Assembly: GCA_031416315.1 (NCBI GenBank)
Contig: JANOTL010000072.1
Coordinates: forward strand, 1 to 29,846
Length of the DNA stretch: 29,846 bases
Reading direction: 5' to 3'
DNA from: Pseudomonadota bacterium
GTDB taxonomy: Bacteria > Bdellovibrionota_B > Oligoflexia > Oligoflexales > CAIYRB01
The translations under genes were made by a program, and so were the position numbers. The notes under the pieces are model-generated. The model had not been told where the DNA came from. It worked only from the letters and a program-made list of their open reading frames with translations, and did no database searches. Of the stretch, positions 1 through 9,668 are shown one piece after another. How positions within the stretch are numbered: position 1 is the stretch's first letter; each line of letters begins with the position of its first letter.

Positions 1-108
1 GCGGCGAACTGGTTCCCCGTTCGCGAAAAAGGATTCGTTTCCGCGCTGCTACTGGTGTCGCTGCCGCCGCTGTCGTCGGAGTTGCGCCCCCCCATCATCG
101 ACGAGTAG

Positions 109-759
109 CGCTCGTTCGAGGCCTTGGCGCGCGATTTCCCAGGATTGAGCGTGATTCCGCTGCAGACCGAGGTGACGCGGCTCACCCGCCTGCCCGACGC
201 GGTGCGCACCGGACCCTGCACTCTGTTCTTCATTCCCGGCGCCGTGTTCAGCAGCATGCCGCCGCGTCAGGCGATCCGGCTATGTCAGCATCTTGCGACC
301 TTGGCGGAGCGGCCGTATTTTCTCGTCGGTGCCGGCTTGAAGAAAGACGTGGCGACGCTCGAGGCTGCCTACGACGATCCGGGGGGCTACGTTGCCGCGT
401 TCAACCTGAACGTCCTAGCGCGCGCGAACCGCGAGATCGAGGCCGATTTCGACCTGACGCGCTACAAGCATCGCGCGCATTGGAACGAGGACGAAGGCTG
501 CATCGAGCTGTCGCTGGAAAGCGTCGGAGCGCAAACCGTTCACTTCGCGTCGGATCAAGTTCGGTTCGCGGCGCGCGAGCCGGTGCTGGTCGATCGCATC
601 TACAAGCTCACGCCGAACGAGCTTTCGGGATATGCCAGGCAGGGCGGCTTTCTGCCCTTGTGCTGCTGGGTCGACGACGGCGGAAACTACAGTTTGCAGC
701 TCTTCGCGCGTTCGGCCTTGTTCCCCATAAGCTCGCTGGACGGCTCGCTTCCTTCTTAG
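109..759 (+). CDS. Divergent EgtD-family (Methyltransf_33) SAM-dependent methyltransferase, C-terminal part; 5' end missing or damaged
   Basis: LARDFPGL, LKKD..LEAAYDD.GG..AAFNLNVLARANRE, HRAHWN, IELSL and YK motifs follow the EgtD C-terminal half. An in-frame TAG at 106-108 lies near the window edge and no SAM-binding N-terminus is visible. Confidence 0.75.
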   Translation, partial: RSFEALARDFPGLSVIPLQTEVTRLTRLPDAVRTGPCTLFFIPGAVFSSMPPRQAIRLCQHLATLAERPYFLVGAGLKKDVATLEAAYDDPGGYVAAFNLNVLARANREIEADFDLTRYKHRAHWNEDEGCIELSLESVGAQTVHFASDQVRFAAREPVLVDRIYKLTPNELSGYARQGGFLPLCCWVDDGGNYSLQLFARSALFPISSLDGSLPS

Positions 760-799
760 TTTTTGTCAGGCGGTCCAAAGCCGCCCGCAGCGAAGCACC

Positions 800-827
800 T
801 AAGTCCGCGTATCCGGGCCGCCGAAAC
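800..827 (+). promoter_or_regulatory. Possible sigma-28 (FliA)-type promoter for the MCP gene
   Basis: TAAG-N16-GCCGAAAC, 45 nt upstream of the MCP ATG. It is a loose match to TAAA-N15-GCCGATAA and fits the chemoreceptor context. Confidence 0.35.
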
Positions 828-872
828 GGTCTGGGCATGAGACCAAGACGCTGAGCTACCGAGGCGGCATCG

Positions 873-2561
873 ATGTACAAGAAGGTGTTTCAGAATTACG
901 TGATCGTCGGCATCGTCGCCGGCGTCCCTGCACTCGTGACCATCTTCGGGCCTTCGCTCGGGATGCCGAACCTTTTCGTGCCGGTCCTCGCGATCGTCAT
1001 GTGGGGCCTCGCGGTGCTCGCAGCGGCCGCCTCGGGCGGGAGCGCGGACGACTTCTCGGCGCTGGAGCGCAAGGAACTCGACCGCCTTCGCAGCCACGTC
1101 TCGACGCTCGCCATGGCCCCGCAGGTCGCGGTGACGCCGCCGGTCGTCGTGACGCCGCATCTCGTCGTGGCGCCGACGCCGGTCGCAGAGACTCCGGTCG
1201 TCACCGCGCCGGCACCGGTCGGTCGCAACGCCGCGCTCGAAAGCGAAGTCCAGCAGCTGATGACGCGTCTGGTCGCCGCGCAGCGCGAGCAGGATCGGAT
1301 GCGGGACGCGCTCTCCGCCGAGAAACGCTCGCGCGCCGACGCGATGGAAGAAGCCGTTCGTCTCCGACTCGGCGCCAACGGTGACCGTCGTGACGCGAAC
1401 GCCGGCTTGTCCAATACCTTGACCCAGCAATTGCGCGCGATGGAGAGCCAGATCGGCGAGCGCGACGAGTACCTCGTCGCTCAACACAACTTGATGCGCC
1501 GCATCGGCGACCTCGTCCCGCGCATCGAGCGCCAGTTGAACACGGTGATCGAGCATACCGAGACGAGCGCGATCGAGATTGGCGACAAGGTCAAATACAT
1601 CTACGACAAAGCCCAGGAGCACCTGGTCGAGTCGAACGAGATCTCGAAGCAGTTCTCGGGCAAGTCGATCACCGACGACAACGGCAACGAGCGGGCCTCC
1701 CTTTCAGGCGTTCTGGCCCGCGCCCTCCTTCTTTTGAAGGAGATGACGGAGATGCTCGAGGAGAATAGCCGCCTCAACGTCGAGTACTCGAAGTCGATCG
1801 AGGCCATCCTCGAGAATACGGCGACGATCAACAAGATCACCGAGGACATCCAGTACATTTCCGATCAAACCAACCTCCTCGCCTTGAACGCCGCCATTGA
1901 AGCCGCGCGCGCCGGCGAGCACGGCCGGGGCTTCAGCGTCGTCGCCGAAGAGGTGCGAAAGTTGTCCGATCGCACCAACCAGGCGTCGAGCGACATCACA
2001 CAGATCGTCGGCAAGGTGAACGACTCCGTGGCCGAGATCAGCCAGTCCTTGACCGAGAACCTGCAGAAGACCAAGTCGAAGAAGGAGTCCGTTGACTCCG
2101 CCGTCGGCAGCCTGGTCGGCTCCGCGAAGGAATCGACGGCGGTCTTCTCGAAGCTCGTCGAGAGCGCGGTCCTGTCCTCGGAGAGCGTGGCCCACAACAT
2201 CGATCAGATCATCATGAGCCTGCAGTTCCAGGACGTGACGCGGAAAGAGATCGAGGGCGCCCTCGCGCCCTTGAAGCAGATCGGGGCGTTCGCCGAGGAC
2301 ATGGTCGTGAAGGCCGAAGGCGTCGCATCGCGGGGCGGTGGCGGCCTCGGCGGCGGTGGCGGTGGTGGCTCGCCGCGTCCCGCGCCGCGGTCGGCGCCGC
2401 GTTCGGCGCCGGCGGTCGAGTTTCAGTCGGATCCCGCGCCGGGGTCGGCGGCGACCGTGACCAAGATCTCCGAGGCGAAGCCCGCACCCGCGGCGAAGGC
2501 CGAGGAAAAAGGTGAGGAAGAGGCGGCGAATGCCGCAGCCGGAGACGTTCTGTTCTTCTGA
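873..2561 (+). CDS. Methyl-accepting chemotaxis protein
   Basis: Canonical hairpin-tip motif [37 protein letters not shown]. Two N-terminal hydrophobic segments, LQFQD near the C-terminus, and a terminal GDVLFF. Confidence 0.95.
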   Translation: MYKKVFQNYVIVGIVAGVPALVTIFGPSLGMPNLFVPVLAIVMWGLAVLAAAASGGSADDFSALERKELDRLRSHVSTLAMAPQVAVTPPVVVTPHLVVAPTPVAETPVVTAPAPVGRNAALESEVQQLMTRLVAAQREQDRMRDALSAEKRSRADAMEEAVRLRLGANGDRRDANAGLSNTLTQQLRAMESQIGERDEYLVAQHNLMRRIGDLVPRIERQLNTVIEHTETSAIEIGDKVKYIYDKAQEHLVESNEISKQFSGKSITDDNGNERASLSGVLARALLLLKEMTEMLEENSRLNVEYSKSIEAILENTATINKITEDIQYISDQTNLLALNAAIEAARAGEHGRGFSVVAEEVRKLSDRTNQASSDITQIVGKVNDSVAEISQSLTENLQKTKSKKESVDSAVGSLVGSAKESTAVFSKLVESAVLSSESVAHNIDQIIMSLQFQDVTRKEIEGALAPLKQIGAFAEDMVVKAEGVASRGGGGLGGGGGGGSPRPAPRSAPRSAPAVEFQSDPAPGSAATVTKISEAKPAPAAKAEEKGEEEAANAAAGDVLFF

Positions 2562-2586
2562 GATTCCGGGACGATCGGCGCGACGA

Positions 2587-3564
2587 CTACGGGCCCGCAA
2601 TCGTCAGCGTCGTATCCCCGGCATCACTCATCATATAGCGGCTATGCGGCAAGCCTTGGATATGGATCTTGCTCAAGAGCGTCGCGCGCGAATCGAGCAT
2701 GCCGGCGTCCGCCTTCAGCAAGGTAGGAAATGTGATGAAGCCGGAGACGTCGAAAGCGAACGTATATGAGCGGCCGACCGTCTTAAGCTCGGCTTCCGTC
2801 ACCGGCATCACGCCGCCGCCTGTCGGGGGCGTCAGCGAGGCGCTCAACATGGGAATCGTCTGATTGCCCTTGTCGGTGCCGAACGGATTGACCCAGGAGA
2901 CCACTTTGGCATCCATGGTGAGCGCGTCGGCGGGGCGCGTCGCCTGGAGGGCTCCGGCGGCGTCGACCCATTTGAATGTTCCAGCGTCCGCATAGAGCAG
3001 ATCCCCGCGCTTAGCGCCGGTGACCGCGCCGTCCGCGAGGACGAAGCGCACGTTGTGGCTTCCGACGGCGTCGCCGCGAGCGCCGCTGGCCGCCTCGACG
3101 ACGAAGCTCGCGTCGAGGTAACCGAACAGGTAAACGGCATCGGAGATGTAGGTGTTTTCGGAGGCGAGATCACCTTCGCCGACGCAGCAAATCAGCTCCC
3201 CCGTCTGCGTGCCGGGCGCCGCGAAGTCGAAAGGCGACGATGGCGAGGCTCCCGTCGTCCCGGACCACGACTCCTGACCGAAGTAGGCCATCATCCCGTT
3301 GCCGGCGGACTGGATCATGATCCCGGCGCCGTAGTAGATGCCGGACACCGTCGACGGCGTGATGCACAGGCTGTCGACGCACATCGGCGGCAAAAGCGTC
3401 GTCATCCCGAGGCCGCTGCCGCCCGTCGACTTCAGTTGGACCTTGGCCGCGCTCCTGAAGCTGTAGGATTGGGAATCGCCTCCTTCCTTGCCGTCTTTGC
3501 CCTTGTCGCCGCAGCCGGCCAGAAAAGTCAGCATGGCGCACGCGAGGAGTGCATTTCGCATCAA
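2587..3564 (-). CDS. Hypothetical lipoprotein
   Basis: Signal peptide with lipobox LAGC followed by a G/K/D-rich linker. AAGGA RBS upstream. No family recognised. Confidence 0.8.
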   Translation of the reverse strand: MMRNALLACAMLTFLAGCGDKGKDGKEGGDSQSYSFRSAAKVQLKSTGGSGLGMTTLLPPMCVDSLCITPSTVSGIYYGAGIMIQSAGNGMMAYFGQESWSGTTGASPSSPFDFAAPGTQTGELICCVGEGDLASENTYISDAVYLFGYLDASFVVEAASGARGDAVGSHNVRFVLADGAVTGAKRGDLLYADAGTFKWVDAAGALQATRPADALTMDAKVVSWVNPFGTDKGNQTIPMLSASLTPPTGGGVMPVTEAELKTVGRSYTFAFDVSGFITFPTLLKADAGMLDSRATLLSKIHIQGLPHSRYMMSDAGDTTLTIAGP

Positions 3565-3727
3565 AGCGTTCCTTAGGCTGAAAGGTGCGGTCTCATCATA
3601 TCAACTTTTGGCGCGATGCGTGGTAGGTGGCGGAGGATGCAGCGCACAATGTGGATAGGCCGCAATGTCGAACGCCCCCGACAAAGCTCGTAGGCTATGC
3701 GGGGGACCCGGGCGTCTCGGTGGGAGG

Positions 3728-3756
3728 GAACGGGTGCGGCGATGCCGCACCCGTTC
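3728..3756. terminator. Perfect 13-bp stem-loop downstream of the DUF4360 gene (terminator or stability hairpin)
   Basis: GAACGGGTGCGGC-gat-GCCGCACCCGTTC, about 36 nt past the stop at 3793. No U-tract. Confidence 0.55.
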
Positions 3757-3792
3757 GGGGGAAACCGCTCTCTCGCTCACACTGTCCGGTGC

Positions 3793-4461
3793 TTACATCT
3801 CAATTTGACGATCGCCTGCTTCCAAGCCGGGCGCCCGGCAACGCTGCCAGCGGATGCCGTAGACGTGCTTCAGCTGGCCGTCGATCGAGTCGAGGGTGAT
3901 CATGCCTTGCGCGTTGCGGGAAGTGCCGCCTTCGACGCGGACCTGGGCGTTGATGTTGAGGGCGCGTTGCGCGCCGCACGGGGACCAGACGACGGCGCTG
4001 AGGCCGAGGGTGTCGCGGATCTGGTAGTCGCCGCTGCGCGGGCCGGTCATGACGGTCGAAAGCGGGGCTTGGCGGCTTTGGCCCTGGAAGTAGTAGGTCG
4101 ACTTTTGCGTGCCGCGGACGCCCGCGTCGAGGGCGACGTAGCCGCGGTAATCGACGGTCATCACCGTGTAAGACCAGCCGGAGGGAAAGTCGACGTCGAG
4201 CGCGACCTGGCAGTTTTTCCGGCTCTGGCTGAGCGGGATGCCGGGGCCTTTCTCGGCGAGGAAGGAGTCGAAGATCAGGGTGAAGGCCTGGAGGTCCGGC
4301 GCGACGTTCTGCGAGACGGTTCCGGCGGGGCAGCCGGAGCCCGCGTAGGAGATGCTGCGGATTCGGGCGTAGCCCGGCGCGTCGGCGAAGGCGGCGGTAC
4401 CGGTGAGCGCGGCGGCCGCGACGCTCGCGAGCGTGAACAACTGCTTGGCGAAGTTTTGCAT
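3793..4461 (-). CDS. DUF4360-family secreted protein
   Basis: Sec signal (AAFA/D). GSGCPAGT, FTLIFDSF, RKNCQ, DYRGY, VWSPCG and WQRC motifs. GAGGA RBS. Confidence 0.88.
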   Translation of the reverse strand: MQNFAKQLFTLASVAAAALTGTAAFADAPGYARIRSISYAGSGCPAGTVSQNVAPDLQAFTLIFDSFLAEKGPGIPLSQSRKNCQVALDVDFPSGWSYTVMTVDYRGYVALDAGVRGTQKSTYYFQGQSRQAPLSTVMTGPRSGDYQIRDTLGLSAVVWSPCGAQRALNINAQVRVEGGTSRNAQGMITLDSIDGQLKHVYGIRWQRCRAPGLEAGDRQIEM

Positions 4462-4506
4462 GGGATGTCCTCGTTGAGATCGTTGAGAGCCTCTGCGGAA
4501 GGAGAG

Positions 4507-4523
4507 AGCAGGAGGCGTGCCAA
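4507..4523 (-). promoter_or_regulatory. Sigma-54 (-24/-12) promoter of the DUF4360 gene
   Basis: The minus strand reads TTGGCACGCCTCCTGCT, matching TGGCACG-N4-(T)TGCW with exact GG-N10-GC spacing, 45 nt upstream of the ATG. Confidence 0.7.
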
Positions 4524-4695
4524 CGTTGCGTATGAGGCGTGGAGGTGGTGGGGCGCTAGGTACGCAGGGAGTTTTTGGTAAGGTGACCTAGTGGTGGGCG
4601 CGGTACACCTTTGCGTCGGGTTGGTTGCTAAGATGGCCAAAGATGGGCTTTGGGTGTTTTCGCAAAATGCGCCGCAAACTGTTCCGAAGGCGCCC

Positions 4696-6393
4696 TCAGT
4701 CCTTCAGCAGCCGATAAAGCGAAGTCAGCTCCCGCCACAGCGAGACTTCGGAGCGCAAGCGACTGCGAAACAAGCGCGCCAACCGCTGCGGCGGCACCTT
4801 GTTCGCGATCAATTTCTTATACAGCGCGGCACCCAGCATCTGCCCGATTTCCCGGCTCACTTGGAAGTCGGTGCGCCGATCGACGATGATCGGGCCGCGG
4901 GTGAGAAAATTCGCCGGCGGGTGCGTGTCGGCCATGCGCTGCTCGAACCAGCGGTCGAAGCTGAGGACGGCGGCCGCGACCTGGCGGCGCTCGAGCGAGG
5001 CTCCGGTGACCTTCCGACCCTTGAAACGTCGCAGGAATTGGCGGTGGTGGTGGAGCTCCATGCATTTGCGCCGCGGGTTCAGAATCTTTGAGGCGACCAT
5101 CCCGACCGCGTACTTGATGATCCTGCGGCCGAAGTCGCTCTCGAGATCCCCGGTCGAGTCGTCGAAGCGGCCGAGCAGCGTGTGGAGGTACTGGCCGGAG
5201 GCCTCGGCGAGGTTGTTCATCGAGATGTTGGTGAGCAGCACCGTCTTCGAGCGCGGCAGGAAGTGAACGCCGTCGGCGGCCGCGCGGTTGACGATGCGGC
5301 GCGCCTCGACCGACGGCAAACCGGCAAGCCCGCCGGCATCGTCGAAGAATGCGCCTTCCTGCGAGAACAAGATCCGGAAGCTCTCCATGTCGCTCGCGTC
5401 CAAGGCGACGCCGAGAAAGAGCGACAGGTTCTTCACGAAGTGCAGGAACTGGTAGTCGACGTCGAACGCGTCCTCGGTATAGAGGTCGGCGTCGCTGTCG
5501 ACCTCGCCTTCCTGCTCCGCGACGGCGGGGATTCCGGCGCTGCGCATCTCCTCCCACACGGAAAAGGAGTGCCATTTCATCCACGGCGGCGAGTTCATGA
5601 TGCAGTACATATCGCGCTTGAGCCGCAGGTACTCGGTCGTGTTGTGGCTCGTCTCGCGCTTTAGGTCAAAGTAGTAGCGGTCGACGTTGTTCAAGACGCG
5701 CAGAAGAGAGAGCGGCTTTTTGCCAAGGCGCTTCATCTCGCGCGCCAGCGCCTGCGGCAGGTGCTCGTCGGCGAGATGATGCTCCCCGATCAGGCAGACG
5801 ATCTTGTGCTCCGGGTACTTCTTCGCCGCGGCGACCAGCTTTTGCGCGGCGAAGCGGTCGCGCACCTCGAGCAGATCCTTGCCGCCGTTGTCGCTGTTCA
5901 CGCCGATCACCGGCAGGCGGCGGGCGCGAGCAAAATCGAGGATCATCTTGAAGTTTTGCCAGGGGAAGCCCCAGTCCGTCGCGTAGTCGATATCCTGCAG
6001 AAACTCCGCTTCCGGGATCGCGCCGCGCAAATAGCCGTCGATTTCGTCTTGGTTGATCGCCTTGAACATCTCGAGAGCGATGACGATCTTGTTCGTGCGC
6101 AGGCGCTCAGTATACGCGCGCAAGAGGCGCAGGAGCCCGCGCTGCGACTGGCGCAGGGTGTGGAAGTCGCCGAACAGTAGGAACTGCTTGGTGCGCATGT
6201 CGTCGAGGAGCTCGGCGAGGGTCGTGCGCTCGTTGTTTTTCGGGAGGCTCGCCTCGAATTTGCGCTGGTAGGCGAGCAGCTGCCGAGATGAGCGGCCGAC
6301 GAGCGAATGCGCATCGGCGTACGCTTTCTCGTACAGCGACTTCTGAAGCTCACGCAATTTGTGGACGGCGGGCGTAGTCATGGCTAGTCCCAT
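4696..6393 (-). CDS. ChaN/EreA/TIKI-superfamily domain protein with a long C-terminal extension
   Basis: LLFGDFH, IALEMF, WGFPW, PVIGVN, RD and LIGEHHL motifs of the ChaN-like fold. An alternative start is the ATG at 6381. Confidence 0.75.
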   Translation of the reverse strand: MGLAMTTPAVHKLRELQKSLYEKAYADAHSLVGRSSRQLLAYQRKFEASLPKNNERTTLAELLDDMRTKQFLLFGDFHTLRQSQRGLLRLLRAYTERLRTNKIVIALEMFKAINQDEIDGYLRGAIPEAEFLQDIDYATDWGFPWQNFKMILDFARARRLPVIGVNSDNGGKDLLEVRDRFAAQKLVAAAKKYPEHKIVCLIGEHHLADEHLPQALAREMKRLGKKPLSLLRVLNNVDRYYFDLKRETSHNTTEYLRLKRDMYCIMNSPPWMKWHSFSVWEEMRSAGIPAVAEQEGEVDSDADLYTEDAFDVDYQFLHFVKNLSLFLGVALDASDMESFRILFSQEGAFFDDAGGLAGLPSVEARRIVNRAAADGVHFLPRSKTVLLTNISMNNLAEASGQYLHTLLGRFDDSTGDLESDFGRRIIKYAVGMVASKILNPRRKCMELHHHRQFLRRFKGRKVTGASLERRQVAAAVLSFDRWFEQRMADTHPPANFLTRGPIIVDRRTDFQVSREIGQMLGAALYKKLIANKVPPQRLARLFRSRLRSEVSLWRELTSLYRLLKD

Positions 6394-6489
6394 TTTACCG
6401 GCGCCGGCCTCTTCAGGCCATGAGTCGGCAAATCTAACCCACCGTAATATCTAGCTATTCAGAATGGCGCGTTTGGTCTTTTCGGCAAC

Positions 6490-7194
6490 TTAGAAGTAGA
6501 GGCCCAGGCGCAAGCCTGCGTAAGCTCCCTGTTGGAGCTCCTCGAAGGTGGCTTCCTTGGTCTCCAGCGAGTAGCTACGCACTTTGTAGCCGATGACGAG
6601 GTCGACGAGCTTCTCGGTGAGGTCGAGGGCGGCGCTGGCGTCAGCCTCCACCCGGTCGCCGATCTCGGCGCCGTCGTCCAGACGGTCGAAGCCGCGCTGC
6701 GGCTTGGTGATGAGCGCATCGGCGCGGACGATGATCCAATCGTTAAGCGGGACGGCGACCGCGAGACCGGCGTTGGGGCCGCTTGCATAGAGGCTGAGCG
6801 CTTGCTCGCCCTCTGCCTTCACCTGAACCTCGCTGACGCTCACGCCGATCGACGGATAGAGCCAGCCGAGCCGCAGCGTCGCGCGCACGTCGGTGAATGC
6901 AGTGCGCATGGAGGCCTCGTTGAGCGAGAAATCGACGGTGCTCTCGGCATGGGTGAGATTGACGCCGACATAACGGCCCTCGCCGAACCAGCCGCCGACA
7001 CCCGCAGTCGTCGTGGCCTGCGTCTCCTTGCTATTGGCGGCCTCGCTCTCGAAGGTGGTAAGCCCGCCGTGGCCCTCGACGTAGAGCGTCTGGGCCTGCT
7101 GGGTGAGAATGTCCCCGTAGACCTGGCTGCGCGTCTGGGCGGCAGCGCTGGCGGAACCGAAGACGAGCACGGTGGCGATGAGGGCATGGCGCAT
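6490..7194 (-). CDS. Outer-membrane beta-barrel protein
   Basis: Signal peptide (ASAAA/Q), amphipathic beta-strands, terminal aromatic residue (AGLRLGLYF), strong GGAGGA RBS. Confidence 0.75.
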   Translation of the reverse strand: MRHALIATVLVFGSASAAAQTRSQVYGDILTQQAQTLYVEGHGGLTTFESEAANSKETQATTTAGVGGWFGEGRYVGVNLTHAESTVDFSLNEASMRTAFTDVRATLRLGWLYPSIGVSVSEVQVKAEGEQALSLYASGPNAGLAVAVPLNDWIIVRADALITKPQRGFDRLDDGAEIGDRVEADASAALDLTEKLVDLVIGYKVRSYSLETKEATFEELQQGAYAGLRLGLYF

Positions 7195-7257
7195 GTGATT
7201 TCCTCCACGGGACCTGTCGGCTTCTGGCGGCGCGACATTAGATAGGCAATTGTTGCC

Positions 7258-8571
7258 ATGTTAATTGGAGCGTCGAGCGGCCCGATCCCTCCTCTAATGA
7301 ATAAGCTGCCCAAAGACTCGATCTCGCCCTGGACCCTGAAGTTCCGAATTGCGGAGCAGGAGGCGAGATATCAGCAGTTCGACGCATTCGGCGACCTCTC
7401 GCTGACGCGCGGCCTGCTCGCGGTCGTCGGAAGTTACTCGGTCCTCAACGCATTGTATTGGGCTCTCACCCTGCAGACATGGACGACGTTTTTGTCGATC
7501 CAGATCGGTTTCGGGGTCGGCTTCGCAATCTTGTATGCGGTGAGCCTGCGTCCTGCGGTGATCCGTCTCCGGACCGTCATCACGTCCGTGGCGATGATCG
7601 TCTCGATAGGCGGCGTCTGGGCGATGATCGCGGCGGCGGACGCCTCAGTCTTGCGGACGCTGGCGCTCTATTGGAACTTGGTGATGTTGACGAACTCCAT
7701 CCTGTCGCACCGCTTTCGAGCCAAGACGGCAATCAACCTCCTGGCGCTGGGTATCAGCGTCTACTGGTTCTACACATCGGGCCTCTTCCTGGCCGACGAG
7801 ATGTCGGCAATGACTAGCCTCTCGTTTTTGACATTTCTCACAACCGTCGCGATCGCTTACGCGATGGAAAGCACGCGGCGTCGCCGCTTTCTCGCGGAAC
7901 TCGACGCGCAGAGCGAGCGCGACCGCTCGGATGCGCTGCTTTACAATGTCCTACCGAAAGTGATCGCTGAGCGTTTGAAGGCCGGCGCCGTCGGCGACCG
8001 GATCGTCGACCACGGCGAGCGCGTGGCCGTGATCTTCGCCGACATCGCGGGCTTCACATCTTACGCCGCGACGCGAACGGCCGACCAAGTGGTCGCCGAG
8101 TTGGACGGCTTATTCGCGCGGTTCGACTCCGTGATGACCCAGCACGGGCTGGAGAAAATCAAGACGATCGGCGACGCGTACATGGCGATCGCCGGGCTGC
8201 CGCTTCCGCACGCGGACGCGGCCGGCGCGGCGGCGGAGACGGCGCTCGACATGCTGGCGGTCGTGGAGCGTCTCCGCGGGATCGGCGCGGTGCCGTTCAG
8301 CTTGCGGATCGGCGTCCACATCGGGCCCGTCGTCGGCGGCATGATCGGGCGCAGCCGCTTCCTGTACGACCTCTGGGGGGACACTGTGAACGTGGCCTCG
8401 CGGCTGGAGTCTTCAGGCGAGGCCGGGAAGATCCAGATCTCCGCGGAGATGGCGGAGGCTTTGAACGGGCGGTACCGCGTCGAGAGCCGCGGGAAAGTCG
8501 TGCTGCGGGGACGAGGAGAGGTCGAGAGTTACTTCCTGCTCGGTCGCGAGATGAAGGGCGAAGCGGCCTAG
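7258..8571 (+). CDS. Membrane-bound class III adenylate/guanylate cyclase (adenylate-type residues)
   Basis: About 6 TM helices, then LLYNVLP, FADIAGFT, EKIKTIGDAYM and YDLWGDTVNVASRLES (K/D specificity pair). The true start may be the ATG of MNKLP. Confidence 0.93.
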   Translation: MLIGASSGPIPPLMNKLPKDSISPWTLKFRIAEQEARYQQFDAFGDLSLTRGLLAVVGSYSVLNALYWALTLQTWTTFLSIQIGFGVGFAILYAVSLRPAVIRLRTVITSVAMIVSIGGVWAMIAAADASVLRTLALYWNLVMLTNSILSHRFRAKTAINLLALGISVYWFYTSGLFLADEMSAMTSLSFLTFLTTVAIAYAMESTRRRRFLAELDAQSERDRSDALLYNVLPKVIAERLKAGAVGDRIVDHGERVAVIFADIAGFTSYAATRTADQVVAELDGLFARFDSVMTQHGLEKIKTIGDAYMAIAGLPLPHADAAGAAAETALDMLAVVERLRGIGAVPFSLRIGVHIGPVVGGMIGRSRFLYDLWGDTVNVASRLESSGEAGKIQISAEMAEALNGRYRVESRGKVVLRGRGEVESYFLLGREMKGEAA

Positions 8572-8573
8572 GA

Positions 8574-9668
8574 CTACTTCTTCGCCTGCTCTTTCTTCAG
8601 ATCGCTCGCCACGTCGGCAAACGGCAAAAACTGCCCGCCGATGATGCCGTCCTTCTGGTCGGGCTCGCCCGGCAAGTTGTATTGGCAACGGATGCCGGCC
8701 AGGTCTGCGGCCCAGTTGGTCTCGAGAAGCCGGCGCGAGATCGCGACGCAACGGCTCTTCACGTCGGCAAGCGAGACGTCGGCGTTGACCCGTAGGCGGG
8801 CGAGGATACCGGCGCCCTCGACGACGAGCATGGTGGAGATGAAGACGGCCTTCTCGTCGCCCTTCGCCTCGATGATCTCCCGAACCTTCTTCTCCCAATC
8901 GGCGGGGAGCATCTGTGCGTCGCGCGTCTTGGCGACGTCGTTGCGGACGGGGAGCTCCAGGTAGTTGCCGGCTTCGAGGAGCTTCCAAGCGAGGTCGTAT
9001 TTGACGTAGGCGGACTCGCGGTGGCCTGCGGTCGCGTGCGCGAGGCCTTCCTTCATCCAGGCCTGGAAGTCCTTGCCGTTGTGCGTCCAAGGTTGGATGA
9101 CGAAAGAGCCGATGTTCCAGCGGCCTTCGGCCGGCACGATGCCTACGTACAGGCGGCCGAGCTCCGACTGGCCCATGATCGAGAAGTAAGCGGCGAACTG
9201 CAGCGGATGCCCGTAGAGCGGGAAGACCTGCGCCTCGCCGCCATCGCAGGCGACGCCGGTCGGCGCGCCGTCGACGGTGTTCAAGGCCCAAAGACGGTAA
9301 AGAGAGACGTCGGTGCGCTTGCCGTACACGAGGTCCATGCGGCCGAAGGTCTCCTCCATCTGCGCGAAGGTCGCGTTCAGCTGCGGGTGGAAGAGCGGGT
9401 GGAGCGCTTTGGCATCGTCCTTCTTGAGCGCCTCGAGGAGGAGGCGAAGGAAGAAGTCGATCTCCTTCTCCACGTCTGAGCGCACGGTGGCGCAGGCGTG
9501 CTTGTCGAGCGTGCCTTCGAAGATCTGCTTGCGCAGCGCCTCCTTCGGCGAGACGGCGGCAGGATCCGCCGGCTTGATGAGGACGTTCTCCTCCTCGGCG
9601 GCGAGCGGGGCGCCGGCAACGAAGAAACTGGCGAACGACGCGACGAGGAGCCTACTTCTTAGCGACAC
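8574..9668 (-). CDS. Hypothetical secreted protein
   Basis: The ORF track starts at 9761, but the GTG at 9668 gives a signal peptide (MSLRSRLLVASFASFFVAGAPLAA/EEE) and only a short overlap with the upstream gene. Four Cys in the mature protein. Confidence 0.7.
   Translation of the reverse strand: MSLRSRLLVASFASFFVAGAPLAAEEENVLIKPADPAAVSPKEALRKQIFEGTLDKHACATVRSDVEKEIDFFLRLLLEALKKDDAKALHPLFHPQLNATFAQMEETFGRMDLVYGKRTDVSLYRLWALNTVDGAPTGVACDGGEAQVFPLYGHPLQFAAYFSIMGQSELGRLYVGIVPAEGRWNIGSFVIQPWTHNGKDFQAWMKEGLAHATAGHRESAYVKYDLAWKLLEAGNYLELPVRNDVAKTRDAQMLPADWEKKVREIIEAKGDEKAVFISTMLVVEGAGILARLRVNADVSLADVKSRCVAISRRLLETNWAADLAGIRCQYNLPGEPDQKDGIIGGQFLPFADVASDLKKEQAKK

Noticed and set aside
1..108. Premature stop upstream of the EgtD-like frame, read as a pseudogene or recoding event
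   Set aside because: It lies at the window edge with no recognisable homology upstream and cannot be distinguished from poor end sequence.
2332..2412. GGCGGT-type repeats and duplicated GCGCCGCG(G/T)TCG units
   Set aside because: They simply encode the poly-Gly and APRS linker of the MCP. This is not a CRISPR or mobile repeat.
7245..7257. GGCAA-N3-TTGCC palindrome read as a sigma-54 promoter
   Set aside because: The GG-to-GC spacing is 8 rather than 10, and the repeat is too short to call as an operator.
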